Position numbers and translations under genes: made by a program. Source: an uncultured Gammaproteobacteria bacterium (GTDB lineage Bacteria; Patescibacteriota; Patescibacteriia; JAHIZJ01). From it: a stretch of 64,000 nt of DNA. The stretch covers positions 8,986 to 72,985 of the forward strand of contig CAYJKP010000003.1 of NCBI GenBank assembly GCA_964371245.1, given 5' to 3'. Of this stretch, positions 41,157 to 50,902 are shown piece by piece (position 1 is the stretch's first letter; each line of letters opens with the position of its first letter). The notes below the pieces were generated by a model that worked only from the letters and a program-made list of their open reading frames with translations, was not told the DNA's origin and did no database searches.

Positions 41157-41175
41157 ATAGTCAGAATATTATGCC

Positions 41176-41261
41176 ATATAACGTTTGCGTATATCTGATG
41201 TCGCGCTAGCGATATGTGTGGAGGCTCCAGAAGAGCCGTAACCAGATATACGCTGTTAGCT
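41176..41261. repeat. attC-like site 1 (terminal, abuts tyrS terminator)
   Basis: ATATAAC-GTTTGCGTAT...ATACGCT-GTTAGCT. Confidence 0.7.
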
Positions 41262-41325
41262 GATCGTATTCCTTTTCTTTTGTTCTCTAGCAAGAGAACG
41301 TGTGAAAAAAATCTTTCAAATTTCT

Positions 41326-41601
41326 TTAATTTTTACTAGTTGCCACTAATATTGCAATAACTGAAACAACTAGAGAAGCAAACGCAATAAAAGTGGAAAT
41401 GAAAGTTAATCTGAGAGTCCGATTGAGATTCTTCAGTTCTGACAACTGCATCGCCTCAGACGCGCTTAGAGTCATTTTACATTTGCTGCATTGAAACACT
41501 GCTGGAACCATTTCACCACCATGACCAGTATTAGTGTTGGGCGATGCCTCTCTTAGTGTTTGCCAATCATGTTTGCATTTAAGTGCTTCCATGGGGTCCA
41601 C
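41326..41601 (-). CDS. cassette ORF: small protein with CxH...CxxC zinc-ribbon-like motif and C-terminal TM helix
   Basis: 91 aa, CKHD...CSKCK, hydrophobic tail. Confidence 0.45.
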   Translation of the reverse strand: MDPMEALKCKHDWQTLREASPNTNTGHGGEMVPAVFQCSKCKMTLSASEAMQLSELKNLNRTLRLTFISTFIAFASLVVSVIAILVATSKN

Positions 41602-41604
41602 GAG

Positions 41605-42588
41605 TTATTTATTAGTTGATATCTTCTCCCAGTCGAAACCAGAATTGAATATATTCTGGAACGGTTGAATAATACCCAAGGTTGTTAAATCACCAATTGT
41701 GCCCCAGGTAGGGATACCAAAAAGGCAAGCCTGATTATTCTGCTTCATTACTGCGAGCCCACCGGAGCTACCTGTATCAATAAGTGCAGTAGTGAAATAA
41801 TTATCTCGTTCCTTGCCCGAAATGATCCCCTCAGTAACAACCATGTGACGCCCCATTCGATACTGGGAATATGCTTCAAATCTTGCCAACATTATATATT
41901 TTTCTAAGTATTCAGCTGTAGGCGAAGGAAATTCTGCGGTGTCCGCTGAACTCGGATAACCAAATACATAAACCTTTTCCCCTATCGGATTCCTAAAATT
42001 ACAAATTGGAAATGATTTCGAATTGTTTTTTAACAAACGTGATTCCAGAATACTTAACAAATCGTCTTTTGTAGGTTTCCCCGTATTTTGTTCCTCTTCG
42101 TTAAGGTAATCGTTTATATCATTTATTTCGTCTGGTATCAGTATTGCCAAGTCAACAATATCACCCCTTCTTACAGAGTCGGAGGAGTATGAGAAACCAA
42201 TTCGATTAGCACCCTGAGAATCACTTTTTTGTATTTTACCTTCCTGTGCGAAATCAACAGAGCAATTATCTAAGTAGGATTTATCGGGATCGTGTAGTTG
42301 AGCAACGTGTTCATTTGTAATAACCACTCTTCTCATTTGCTCACCAGTCTCAAGTAATAGATAGGTTCCAGATCCAGCGACAATACCCTGATATTCCCCG
42401 TCAATGGTTTTACCAGGACAGATAATTGATCCAATTGACTTTGAAACATTTTTGACTTCGTCCACCGTTAATTCACTACTTACGATAACATATCGGAAAA
42501 TTGCAATATGAAAGAAATAGTCAGCAATAACGAATAAACTTGCAAGTAAAGCTAGTAGAATGTACTTATTTCTAGATAAGGATTTCAT
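41605..42588 (-). CDS. cassette ORF: membrane-anchored trypsin-like (S1) serine protease
   Basis: N-terminal TM; catalytic-triad contexts TNEHV, DLAIL, DTGSSGG. Confidence 0.6.
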   Translation of the reverse strand: MKSLSRNKYILLALLASLFVIADYFFHIAIFRYVIVSSELTVDEVKNVSKSIGSIICPGKTIDGEYQGIVAGSGTYLLLETGEQMRRVVITNEHVAQLHDPDKSYLDNCSVDFAQEGKIQKSDSQGANRIGFSYSSDSVRRGDIVDLAILIPDEINDINDYLNEEEQNTGKPTKDDLLSILESRLLKNNSKSFPICNFRNPIGEKVYVFGYPSSADTAEFPSPTAEYLEKYIMLARFEAYSQYRMGRHMVVTEGIISGKERDNYFTTALIDTGSSGGLAVMKQNNQACLFGIPTWGTIGDLTTLGIIQPFQNIFNSGFDWEKISTNK

Positions 42589-42656
42589 AGAGAAAGAAAT
42601 TTGATAGATTTTTTACACACTACGGGCGATAGCCCAGAAAAGAAAAGGAATATGCC

Positions 42657-42713
42657 ATATAACGTTTGCGTATCATACGACGTACTAGATATGTCGTATA
42701 TACGCTGTTAGCT
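42657..42713. repeat. attC-like site 2
   Basis: ATATAAC-GTTTGCGTAT-...-ATATACGCT-GTTAGCT; centre is an imperfect palindrome. Confidence 0.75.
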
Positions 42714-42785
42714 GATCGTATTCCTTTTCTTTTGTTCTCTAGCAAGAGAACGTGTGTAAAAAATCTTTCAAATTTCTTTTCGCCT

Positions 42786-44069
42786 TCATTTCAGTAAATC
42801 ATCAAGCTCACAAGAGAGTAATGCCGACTTATTAAGCACGATCTGCTCTTTTGGATTTAGTTTATCTGACGTCATGCGTATAAGCTTTGTTGTGATCGTA
42901 TCACCGAGCATGATTCGGTTAGTTTTCTTGAAATAATTTTCCGTCTTCTGATAAAAAAGCGTGGCATACTGTCTCAATTTATCTTCAGACGGCGGATGAC
43001 TTGTCGCCCCATTGCTTGTAAATTCAATCTTACCTTTTATTTTCTCGCTTTCTTTGGTTGGCAAATTACCTTCGTTAAAATCAATCCAGTAATCGCTCAT
43101 CAAATACATAACGCGAACAAACCCGCCATCTTCTGTTTTGTAGGTATAAATGAAATAGAAATTATCAGGCATTAAGTCGTGGTGCACTCTGATATGCTCT
43201 AATTCTGTAACAGTACGTATTTTGTAATCATCAAGCATCCGCAGATAGCTTTCTCGCCAATTCTGAAGCCAGTTCTCAACGTACATGCGATTTGTAAAAA
43301 GTGGCATAAGGTCCTGCTTGAGATTTTCATCGCTCACTTTATTCATCTGCAGTGTTAGCTTGTCAAAAATCGCCCGTGGATCGTTTACATTAATACCTTT
43401 GGCAACAAGATAATCAATATCAGGAACCACTTTTTTATTCATATACCAAAGAAGGTCGTAGATATCCCTTCCCTTTTCCTCGTACACTGCTTCACCCACA
43501 CCGCGAGTGCCACGCAAAAAAATGGCGGCTATCTTGCTTGCCATCAAAGCAGACATGTTGTAGGTCAAAATAACGAAAGAGAGCTGATCACGGTTCATTG
43601 GTCGACGCTCAGTAACCGTTTTAGGAGCGACAAAATGATTAAGATCTATTTTTACATGGACCTGATTGGACGCGTGACCAAATCCTAATGCTTCGCCAAC
43701 ATGGAATTTTAAAAGGAGCCCTCTGCCGGTCGTTATTTTTATTGTCAGGAAATTTGGATCAGTACCATACGTATCTTTAAAGTGATCCTCTAGCTCCTTT
43801 TTTAGATCTGCTAAAAATGATCCCGTTACAGTATGGGATACTTCAAAATCCAAATCCACTGACATGCGGTCAAGGCCGTGAATGATCCGAAGTGCCGAAC
43901 CCCCATACATCACCCATTTGCGGTATTCAGTATGATGATAAACAAAATTGAGAATGTAAAACTGCAAAGCTTCTTTCAGCTTGTTTCTGCGGGTTTCGGC
44001 ATCAAGATCGCCATAAACGGAGAGCTCATCAAGCTCTCTTTTAAGAATAGTTAGGATTTGTTCACTCAT
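42786..44069 (-). CDS. cassette ORF: AbiEii-family nucleotidyltransferase toxin (type IV TA)
   Basis: MYGGSALRIIHGLDRMSVDLDFEV matches the DUF1814/AbiEii motif GGTAL...RxSxDxDF. Confidence 0.7.
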   Translation of the reverse strand: MSEQILTILKRELDELSVYGDLDAETRRNKLKEALQFYILNFVYHHTEYRKWVMYGGSALRIIHGLDRMSVDLDFEVSHTVTGSFLADLKKELEDHFKDTYGTDPNFLTIKITTGRGLLLKFHVGEALGFGHASNQVHVKIDLNHFVAPKTVTERRPMNRDQLSFVILTYNMSALMASKIAAIFLRGTRGVGEAVYEEKGRDIYDLLWYMNKKVVPDIDYLVAKGINVNDPRAIFDKLTLQMNKVSDENLKQDLMPLFTNRMYVENWLQNWRESYLRMLDDYKIRTVTELEHIRVHHDLMPDNFYFIYTYKTEDGGFVRVMYLMSDYWIDFNEGNLPTKESEKIKGKIEFTSNGATSHPPSEDKLRQYATLFYQKTENYFKKTNRIMLGDTITTKLIRMTSDKLNPKEQIVLNKSALLSCELDDLLK

Positions 44070-44679
44070 GAATATGTCTTTTAATCATGGTATAAAAATT
44101 TTCTCGTTCGTGTGTTTCCATTTCATCAATATCTATTCTTAGTTCCTTGACGAGTACATTAATGTTTTTCAGTCTCATGCCTCGGAGTTGTCGAGTCTTG
44201 AAATACAGCAGATCAAACAGTGCCTTTGAGGGTGAGGCGATAAAAAAATCAAATGGGCCCTTAATCAGTGAGAAGCCTGAAAATAAATCCTTCTTGATGG
44301 ACTGATAGGCAAAGTTTCCTGCTTTTGTCTGGTACTCTCTTGTAACCTTTGGCGTTACTGAGGTTACAGAATGTATAGCTTCCGTTGTGAGATTATAATA
44401 CTGAAGTGCTGCCCATGAACTCACATACGACGGAGTTCGAATAACGTTAGCGAGATAAAACGAATAGGAAACCTTGCCCTTGTTTTTATTATAGATATCC
44501 GAGGATACATATAATGCCCTCTTTAGCTGGAGAATTTCCTTGAATTTTAAGTAGCGGCTGATGTAGGTATCAACCGTAGTGTCCTTAAGCCCTAACTGCA
44601 TACCAAGCTGGTATACAGTGCTTTTACTAAAATAGGGCAAGGTTTTTAGCTGTTCTAAGAGATTTTTTCGGCTTTTCAT
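44062..44679 (-). CDS. cassette ORF: AbiEi-family antitoxin/transcriptional regulator
   Basis: N-terminal wHTH, LKRALYVSSD motif, 8-nt overlap with toxin gene in antitoxin-then-toxin order. Confidence 0.65.
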   Translation of the reverse strand: MKSRKNLLEQLKTLPYFSKSTVYQLGMQLGLKDTTVDTYISRYLKFKEILQLKRALYVSSDIYNKNKGKVSYSFYLANVIRTPSYVSSWAALQYYNLTTEAIHSVTSVTPKVTREYQTKAGNFAYQSIKKDLFSGFSLIKGPFDFFIASPSKALFDLLYFKTRQLRGMRLKNINVLVKELRIDIDEMETHERENFYTMIKRHIHE

Positions 44680-44823
44680 AAATATGACAATAGTGTATCA
44701 GATGTGAAACGTAATGTCAATTCAATGAATACTGAAATCTCCCTACTTGAATGATGTGGGGAAAGAAATTTGAAAGTTTTTTACACATCCCGGGCATCAG
44801 CCCGAAAAGAAAAGGAATATGTC

Positions 44824-44876
44824 AGCTAACGTTTGCGTGTATGCGATGTGATAATATCGTATACACGCTGTTATCG
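44824..44876. repeat. attC-like site 3
   Basis: AGCTAAC-GTTTGCGTGT...ATACACGCT-GTTATCG. Confidence 0.75.
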
Positions 44877-44899
44877 GATGTATCAAATAATTTTCGTCT

Positions 44900-45468
44900 T
44901 CATTGCTGAATGACAAAGAATTTTTCTTCCGGGATTTTGTAGACAGGTAGTTTTTCGCCACGCTTTTCAAGCTCTTCCAAGTCATTTTGTTTTTCTTCCG
45001 TGTAGTGAACAAAAGCTTTGATTCGGAGTATACCGAGGCCATTTCTGACAGTTGTGCCATGGGTGCCTGTGTGGAAATATGAAGAAAGAGCACATGCGCC
45101 CGCTGATGAGCCACTGACGACCTTGCCTTTGATAAGTGCATTAAGGTTTTCAATCGATCTTAGGACGTTGAGTAGCATGTCTGTGTCACCACCACGCATG
45201 TACACCACATGAGTTTCTTGTAGCTGCTCCTGGAAGATTTTAATATCACTGTCTGCACAGATGAACTTCAAGCTCTTTTTGGGCGAAGCGGAAGAAAAAC
45301 GGTCTTTGTCTTGAGCTAAAAGTTTATCCCACTGGTCTCTCTGCCTTGCGAAATAGATACAGAGAATCGTAACAGGATCAGGAAGTCCTTTTGTCATCTC
45401 AATGAAAAATTGTTTGTTGTCCTCTGTGGGTCTGCCAGTTTCACCACCATGGAGGATATACTTTGTCA
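44900..45468 (-). CDS. cassette ORF: S51 peptidase (dipeptidase E / cyanophycinase-like)
   Basis: MTKYILHGGETG N-terminus and nucleophile context SGSSAGA; start taken at the internal Met so the ORF does not run through attC site 4 (track start 45634). Confidence 0.65.
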
Positions 45469-45496
45469 TCACAAGTAGAAAATTATTTGATATTTC

Positions 45497-45586
45497 CGAT
45501 AACGTTTGCGTATATCTGATGCCCCGCTCAGCGGGGTGTGGGTGGATCCGCCTCTGGCGGAGTAACCAGATATACGCTGTTATATG
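45497..45586. repeat. attC-like site 4
   Basis: CGATAAC-GTTTGCGTAT...ATATACGCT-GTTATAT; centre carries CCCCGCTCAGCGGGG and CCGCCTCTGGCGG hairpins. Confidence 0.75.
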
Positions 45587-45696
45587 GTGTATGCTTTTCT
45601 TTTCCCAACGTCTAGTCGGGCTACTTTTCTGCAATGGACAAATTTAATTTTCATGTTGGCAAGGGCGACGTTGGATGTAGCAACCCGTATTGTTTC

Positions 45697-46626
45697 TTAG
45701 GTACTGGTAAAATACTCGGTCAGCACGAAGGTGATCCAAATAAGAAATAAGATAACGCCTTCTTTTTTAGATATTGTTTTTCCTGTACGCATGAAATACG
45801 AAAGGACAAATGAGGCCAGGAGCATGAACGCGCCGGTGACGTAAATAATTTTCTGCGGAAAGGCGAATGGATTGATCATTGAAAGCAGTCCAACCACGAT
45901 TGTTGCGTCGGCCAGCACTGTACCTAAAATATCTCCGACTGCCAGAGAATCGTCGTGCTTTCGGACGGCCTGCAATGAAAACAGCAGTTCTGGTATGGTT
46001 GTGCCAATCCCGACAACGAGCATGCCAACGAGGACGGGCGTAATCCCCAAACTCTGCGCCAGATTCTCGGCTGATGTCACGGTAAAATGTGCACCGACGA
46101 GCAACACGGCCATGCTCGCAAGCAACAACAGGGTATTTCTAAGCCGATCACCTTGACCATCTGCAATCGATTTTGCGTCATGGCCATTCTTGAACGAAAA
46201 GAGATAGAATCCGACGCCGGCAATAATGAGTGCCGCCCCCTCCCAGCGCGAATAGTACCCGTCGAAGCCGAGGAGAATCGGGATCAGAAATAAGAACGGG
46301 TAGAGAATGTTATTTTTCAACACCTTGCTTTCGATTTTAATCCTCCGTCCTGATATGGCGATGATGATGGCGAAGACGAGCGTCAAGTCGGCGACGTTCG
46401 AGCCGAACAACGTCCCCAGGCCAAACGCCGGAATACCCTCAAAGGACGAGTTGATGGCAATAAACGTCTCCGGAAGAATAGAGATGACGGCGACAATGAT
46501 CATGCCGACGGCGTATTTGGATAGGTGAAAGTTTTCCGCCAGACGGACGGCGTATTTGGTTGCAAGGATTGCACCTTTGATGACCAAAAACAGCGAAACC
46601 GACAAAATAAATATGTTTTGTATCAT
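45697..46626 (-). CDS. cassette ORF: Ca2+/cation antiporter (CaCA/YrbG family)
   Basis: Two alpha-repeats (ILPETFIAINS, GTTIPELLFSL), 10 TM, 309 aa. Confidence 0.75.
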   Translation of the reverse strand: MIQNIFILSVSLFLVIKGAILATKYAVRLAENFHLSKYAVGMIIVAVISILPETFIAINSSFEGIPAFGLGTLFGSNVADLTLVFAIIIAISGRRIKIESKVLKNNILYPFLFLIPILLGFDGYYSRWEGAALIIAGVGFYLFSFKNGHDAKSIADGQGDRLRNTLLLLASMAVLLVGAHFTVTSAENLAQSLGITPVLVGMLVVGIGTTIPELLFSLQAVRKHDDSLAVGDILGTVLADATIVVGLLSMINPFAFPQKIIYVTGAFMLLASFVLSYFMRTGKTISKKEGVILFLIWITFVLTEYFTST

Positions 46627-46742
46627 GCGCCGCCCTTCATGTTCATTCCAAGGATGAGAATAGTAACTCTATCCATCATACAATAAATTTGTTCATTGCA
46701 GAAAAGTATTAGGCGTCAGCCGTGAAAAGAAAAGCATATGCT

Positions 46743-46799
46743 ATATAACGTTTGCGTCTCATACGACGTACTTACTATGTCGTATAGACGCTGTTGTCA
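46743..46799. repeat. attC-like site 5
   Basis: ATATAAC-GTTTGCGTCT...ATAGACGCT-GTTGTCA. Confidence 0.75.
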
Positions 46800-46852
46800 G
46801 ATCGTACATTTTTATCTTCAAAGTGAAATTTCTCACGCTAATTACCAAAATT

Positions 46853-48274
46853 TTATTCAGCCGTAGGTTGGAATGTTGAAAGAATTTTACTGTATTCAGG
46901 ATGATCTTGCTCAAAACCCTTAGCCCAAGAAAAAGTGATAAAATTTAATCCAACGGGACAATATGTGGCAAGATATTCAGCAAAACAACTTTCGGTCTGA
47001 CGGGTTACTGCTATCCCGTTTATTTCTAATGACTGCTGGTCGTGATTACAATTATATTTCTCTGCAATATCCGCTGAAGAGGCATTAGCGGGAGCCACAT
47101 CGGGGATCGCGTTGGTTACCGTTACAGCTATTTCAGGGCCAAGTTCGATGCTCGATGTTTCACCTGAATTGGGGGGAATAATAGCCACAAGGTTTGTCTC
47201 GCCATCATTAATAGTCCAATCTGGTGGGTATTGAAACGTAAAATGATAATCTTGGTTTATATATATCTTCCAATCTGAAGCTATTGAGTTCGTATTCAGA
47301 TTTTCAGAGCGATGTTGGTAAATTGGGAGATTGTCCCCATAATCCATTTTTACGTCCGCATGGATGCCATTCCATAATGTCTCCAGCGTGTCATCATGAA
47401 TGCTGTGGTCATATTGGAGAATCAAATTCTGGCCGGTTTTCGAAAGAGGATAAATCTCCTTTGTGATCGTCCCCTGCCACCCAATGGTCGTTTCCGTTTT
47501 CTCCACCTGGCGATGATAGACATACCTGTCACCTTGGAGCGTACCCCAATTCATCATTGTTTTTAAAGCATCTTCTGGAATATCAGCCTTGGGGTCATCT
47601 TCCGATTGCACGGACAAGTTCAACGGAATGGACAACCCGATACTCGAGGTGTCAGGGACCGTATTGCCCTCAGCGTAGAAGCTAAACCTATACACATTTT
47701 CACTCGGATAAGCGTTTTGCGCATGAAAAATATGCTCAGGAATATGAAAGCGCAGACCCGCTTCGTTGAATTCGCGACTGGACGATTGGGCGTACTCGCG
47801 TTCCCAGCGCTCAAGTGCCTGCTCAGTTCTTTCACAGCCAATCAGTATCGTTTGCCAGGTGCAGCTGTTTTTCCAGAGCAGCTTATCCGGATACGCCCGA
47901 ACCGGGATAAAATCCTCACTCGTCCGGCATTGGGAAAGGGGGAAGTAGTAGTAATCGCGAAACTCGGAGTTTCTCCAATGCAACGGGTTGTCCGTGGCAA
48001 TCAAGGTGAGTCCGTTATCCAGAGTTAGGGAAGTCCTGGGTTGGGCATTGATCGCTTCGACTATCGTGGCAAATTGCGTATCTTGGCACACACCCTCTCC
48101 GAGAGTCTTGCTTGTAGATTTGTACTCACCCCATGCTTCAACTTTCGTGTCAATCGCCACATCAAACATGCCAAAGACATCTTTAACGAATCCAACGTAA
48201 TATGTGCCAAGAAATACAGCAATGATTGCCAACGCGACGAGGCCGTACTTTAAAATATGTTTAGGGGTATTCAT
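46853..48274 (-). CDS. cassette ORF: hypothetical secreted/membrane-anchored protein (473 aa)
   Basis: N-terminal TM/signal anchor, W/Y-rich, no known motif. Confidence 0.5.
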   Translation of the reverse strand: MNTPKHILKYGLVALAIIAVFLGTYYVGFVKDVFGMFDVAIDTKVEAWGEYKSTSKTLGEGVCQDTQFATIVEAINAQPRTSLTLDNGLTLIATDNPLHWRNSEFRDYYYFPLSQCRTSEDFIPVRAYPDKLLWKNSCTWQTILIGCERTEQALERWEREYAQSSSREFNEAGLRFHIPEHIFHAQNAYPSENVYRFSFYAEGNTVPDTSSIGLSIPLNLSVQSEDDPKADIPEDALKTMMNWGTLQGDRYVYHRQVEKTETTIGWQGTITKEIYPLSKTGQNLILQYDHSIHDDTLETLWNGIHADVKMDYGDNLPIYQHRSENLNTNSIASDWKIYINQDYHFTFQYPPDWTINDGETNLVAIIPPNSGETSSIELGPEIAVTVTNAIPDVAPANASSADIAEKYNCNHDQQSLEINGIAVTRQTESCFAEYLATYCPVGLNFITFSWAKGFEQDHPEYSKILSTFQPTAE

Positions 48275-48335
48275 ACTCTACTTATTATATGTATACATTG
48301 TGTGGAAATGAACGAAATAAGATAAAAATGTATGT

Positions 48336-48444
48336 CTGACAACGTTCTGGTATCATGCGACGTGGTGAGTGAGCGCAGGCGGTAGAATTGTGCGGAGCAC
48401 ACCGCCGGAGCGAACGAATCCATGTAGCATATACCGTGTTGTGC
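48336..48444. repeat. attC-like site 6 (long variable centre)
   Basis: TGACAAC-GTTCTGGTAT...ATATACCGT-GTTGTGC. Confidence 0.7.
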
Positions 48445-48449
48445 GGAGT

Positions 48450-49061
48450 TTACCCGAACGATGTCTGAAGTTCGGACCAAGTAATAACCTTTGCCCAATT
48501 GTGCAGAGGGTAATTATTGAGAATCATCTCTTTCTCTTCGGGCTTGCCGGAATAGACATCAACGCCTTCCTTTAGCACCTTAACATTGTATGCGCGAAAC
48601 GTAAGCTCTTGTGCCGTACAGAAAACACAGCAATCGATTGTGAGTCCGATCAAGACAACCTCGTCTACCTCCTGAGGTGTTCCAATAGTAGAATTAAGCC
48701 AGTTCGTGAACGCTTGAGGATCTTGATATGGCAAGCCGGGTTCTTTCGTGGAATCACCGATATTGTCTCTTGTCCAAATCGGAGAATTCATGCATTTAAT
48801 CCAAATATTCTCCAATTTCACATCAGCAGGAAGCTCTGAAGTGTATCCCTCCTCCCCCGGACGCGTGGAATCATCCAAATCGCCAGGACGAGGTTGTCGA
48901 TAATCCGAAATGATCTCTGCGACTTTAATATTGCGCTCACGCAAGTACGGCACAAGAGTTTGCTTGATAAAAGCAACATTCGGGTGTGGTCGATAATGCT
49001 TGCCACCTTCCGCGCTGAACTCTTTTTGCAAGTCTACAGAGATGATTTTAATAGTCGACAT
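48450..49061 (-). CDS. cassette ORF: isochorismatase-family cysteine hydrolase
   Basis: IISVDLQKEF start and catalytic-Cys context VLIGLTIDCCVFCTAQE. Confidence 0.65.
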   Translation of the reverse strand: MSTIKIISVDLQKEFSAEGGKHYRPHPNVAFIKQTLVPYLRERNIKVAEIISDYRQPRPGDLDDSTRPGEEGYTSELPADVKLENIWIKCMNSPIWTRDNIGDSTKEPGLPYQDPQAFTNWLNSTIGTPQEVDEVVLIGLTIDCCVFCTAQELTFRAYNVKVLKEGVDVYSGKPEEKEMILNNYPLHNWAKVITWSELQTSFG

Positions 49062-49113
49062 TTATTAACGTGAAATTAAGTGATATTGAATTGGAATAGC
49101 GAGGGTAAATTTC

Positions 49114-49176
49114 GCACAACGTTTGCGTATCATGCGCCGTGGAGCGAAGTGGAATGGCGTATATACGCTGTTGTAC
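49114..49176. repeat. attC-like site 7
   Basis: GCACAAC-GTTTGCGTAT...ATATACGCT-GTTGTAC. Confidence 0.75.
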
Positions 49177-49282
49177 GCTGTTCAAAAAATATTTTTCTTT
49201 AGGTATTTAAAACACGCGAAACCAAACCATGACAGTAGGTAACATTTCGGTGGCATTATTTCGTGCTGGAGCCGTGATGCTG

Positions 49283-49813
49283 CTACTGCGCGTTGACCGT
49301 AGAACGATAAAGGTTTTTCGTTAATGCCCACCAGAAGGAGGTTTGAGTAATATTGGGTTGCGAATTAGCATCCTCTTGGAGAGTAATCACATCATCACTG
49401 ATATCTACAACAGTCCATTTACCAGGACTGAATATGTAGGCACCATATTTAGCACTGGACTTTGGAACGCGTAATACCTTTAGTGCGCCATTCTCTTTGT
49501 ATGCTTCAAACGTAGCAAGAACAGATCCGTACCCCCCTTCGGCAATATCAAACGGCTCTTGCTGGGGGGCTAAAGCCGAGTATGCATAGAACTTGAAGGA
49601 TCCGGCAAATGTTTCGCTGGTATTATAGTAGACGCCAAGCAGCACAAAAGCGAATCCGATGAATGCAAATAATCCCGCGACAGCAAGTCCGGTACGCTTC
49701 CAGGGAGTAACGTGTGTTTTAATAACGAGCCACACTATGACAGCTGCGGCGATAACTAGGATCGGTAAAATTACGAACCAGGTAACCATGTTTGTTCCAA
49801 TTTGTTCATTCAT
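49283..49813 (-). CDS. cassette ORF: hypothetical membrane protein
   Basis: 176 aa, two N-terminal TM helices. Confidence 0.45.
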   Translation of the reverse strand: MNEQIGTNMVTWFVILPILVIAAAVIVWLVIKTHVTPWKRTGLAVAGLFAFIGFAFVLLGVYYNTSETFAGSFKFYAYSALAPQQEPFDIAEGGYGSVLATFEAYKENGALKVLRVPKSSAKYGAYIFSPGKWTVVDISDDVITLQEDANSQPNITQTSFWWALTKNLYRSTVNAQ

Positions 49814-49903
49814 AGGTATTTTGTTAAAAATATTGACATATTAAATTTAGAAAAGATGCTCTGGCTACTTTCATAGGTCGCCAGAGCGTGTCAGCCGCTT
49901 CAC

Positions 49904-50275
49904 TTACGGACAGCTTCCACTCCACGGCTCGGGCTCGCCGTCATAGCCGAATTGCAGACAGCCGAGGTGAGTGGTTCCACTCACACACTTCGATGGCCAG
50001 GTATGCGACTCGACGCCGATCCCGTTTACCCAGGCATTTGCGATGTAGCCGCAGCCGGACGAAAGACCGGTGAACGAAATGGTTCTGTAGCCGAAAGGAA
50101 GCGAGACGTTGGTGTCCTCTGCCATCTTCTGACCGTTCTGCCAGATCTGCACGGTGTACGAGACAGACGTCGGCCCCCTGAGCGTGACCTGAGCGGTGTC
50201 GGCCAGAGCGGGAGTGACCTCCCCCGCGATGAAGAATGCTGCGAGAAGCAGGAGCAACACGACTTTCGTTTTCAT
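49904..50275 (-). CDS. cassette ORF: small secreted Cys-containing protein, GC-rich
   Basis: Signal peptide MKTKVVLLLLLAAFFIAGEVTPALA; local GC clearly above neighbours; 8-bp-stem hairpin terminator just downstream (49866-49895). Confidence 0.5.
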   Translation of the reverse strand: MKTKVVLLLLLAAFFIAGEVTPALADTAQVTLRGPTSVSYTVQIWQNGQKMAEDTNVSLPFGYRTISFTGLSSGCGYIANAWVNGIGVESHTWPSKCVSGTTHLGCLQFGYDGEPEPWSGSCP

Positions 50276-50469
50276 TTCAGCCCTCCAAGTTCAACCTGAA
50301 CAGACGACCACTGAGTTTCCGAACAGCTAAAATAACCGTGCCTCCTTTCTCGGCGTTACTCAGCCGATGATGGCCTAGGTTCGAAAGAGCATACTACTTT
50401 AATACTTATTATACTCTGCTAATTCTAGCCAGTCCAGCGGATATTAAAGAAAAATATTTTTTGAATGGC

Positions 50470-50526
50470 GCACAACGTCCGGGTATCATACGCCTGTACT
50501 CGTATGGCGTATATACCCTGTTATCG
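50470..50526. repeat. attC-like site 8
   Basis: GCACAAC-GTCCGGGTAT...ATATACCCT-GTTATCG. Confidence 0.75.
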
Positions 50527-50548
50527 GATGTTAAGAAAATTTTTCCGT

Positions 50549-50872
50549 TTACTCCAGGCGAACATCATCTTCCTTCTTAAACTCTGGCGAGCAAACAAGA
50601 AAAATTTTCATTTTACCCACAAAGTTGTAGGCGGTATTTATAGGTATAAATACAACATCGTCTCTTTTGACAGAATATTTTTCTTCTTCAATAAAAAAGT
50701 CACCAGATCCTTCAGCAATATAGTAAATTCTGTCTTCATTCAAACACTTCACTTTTCCATGATTACCGTTTATCTCAATTAGCGCACCACTATATTGCTG
50801 CGTGAGTTTATACTCCTTAATATTCATTGGGCCGACTTTTTTGTTGTTTGTTAGTTCGCTAGCAATATACAT
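50549..50872 (-). CDS. cassette ORF: cupin-domain protein
   Basis: 107 aa, double-stranded beta-helix pattern (...YYIAEGSGDF...DVVFIP...). Confidence 0.5.
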   Translation of the reverse strand: MYIASELTNNKKVGPMNIKEYKLTQQYSGALIEINGNHGKVKCLNEDRIYYIAEGSGDFFIEEEKYSVKRDDVVFIPINTAYNFVGKMKIFLVCSPEFKKEDDVRLE

Positions 50873-50902
50873 ATGAATTGATTTATAATATTTTCTTAAT
50901 TT

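Noticed and set aside
44797-45634. Track ORF 44900-45634 extended N-terminally, and overlapping ORF 44797-45153
   Set aside because: The first 56 codons run through attC-like site 4 and translate to a basic low-complexity peptide. The conserved peptidase-E N-terminus MTKYILHGGETG starts at 45468. The 118-aa ORF is an out-of-frame shadow.
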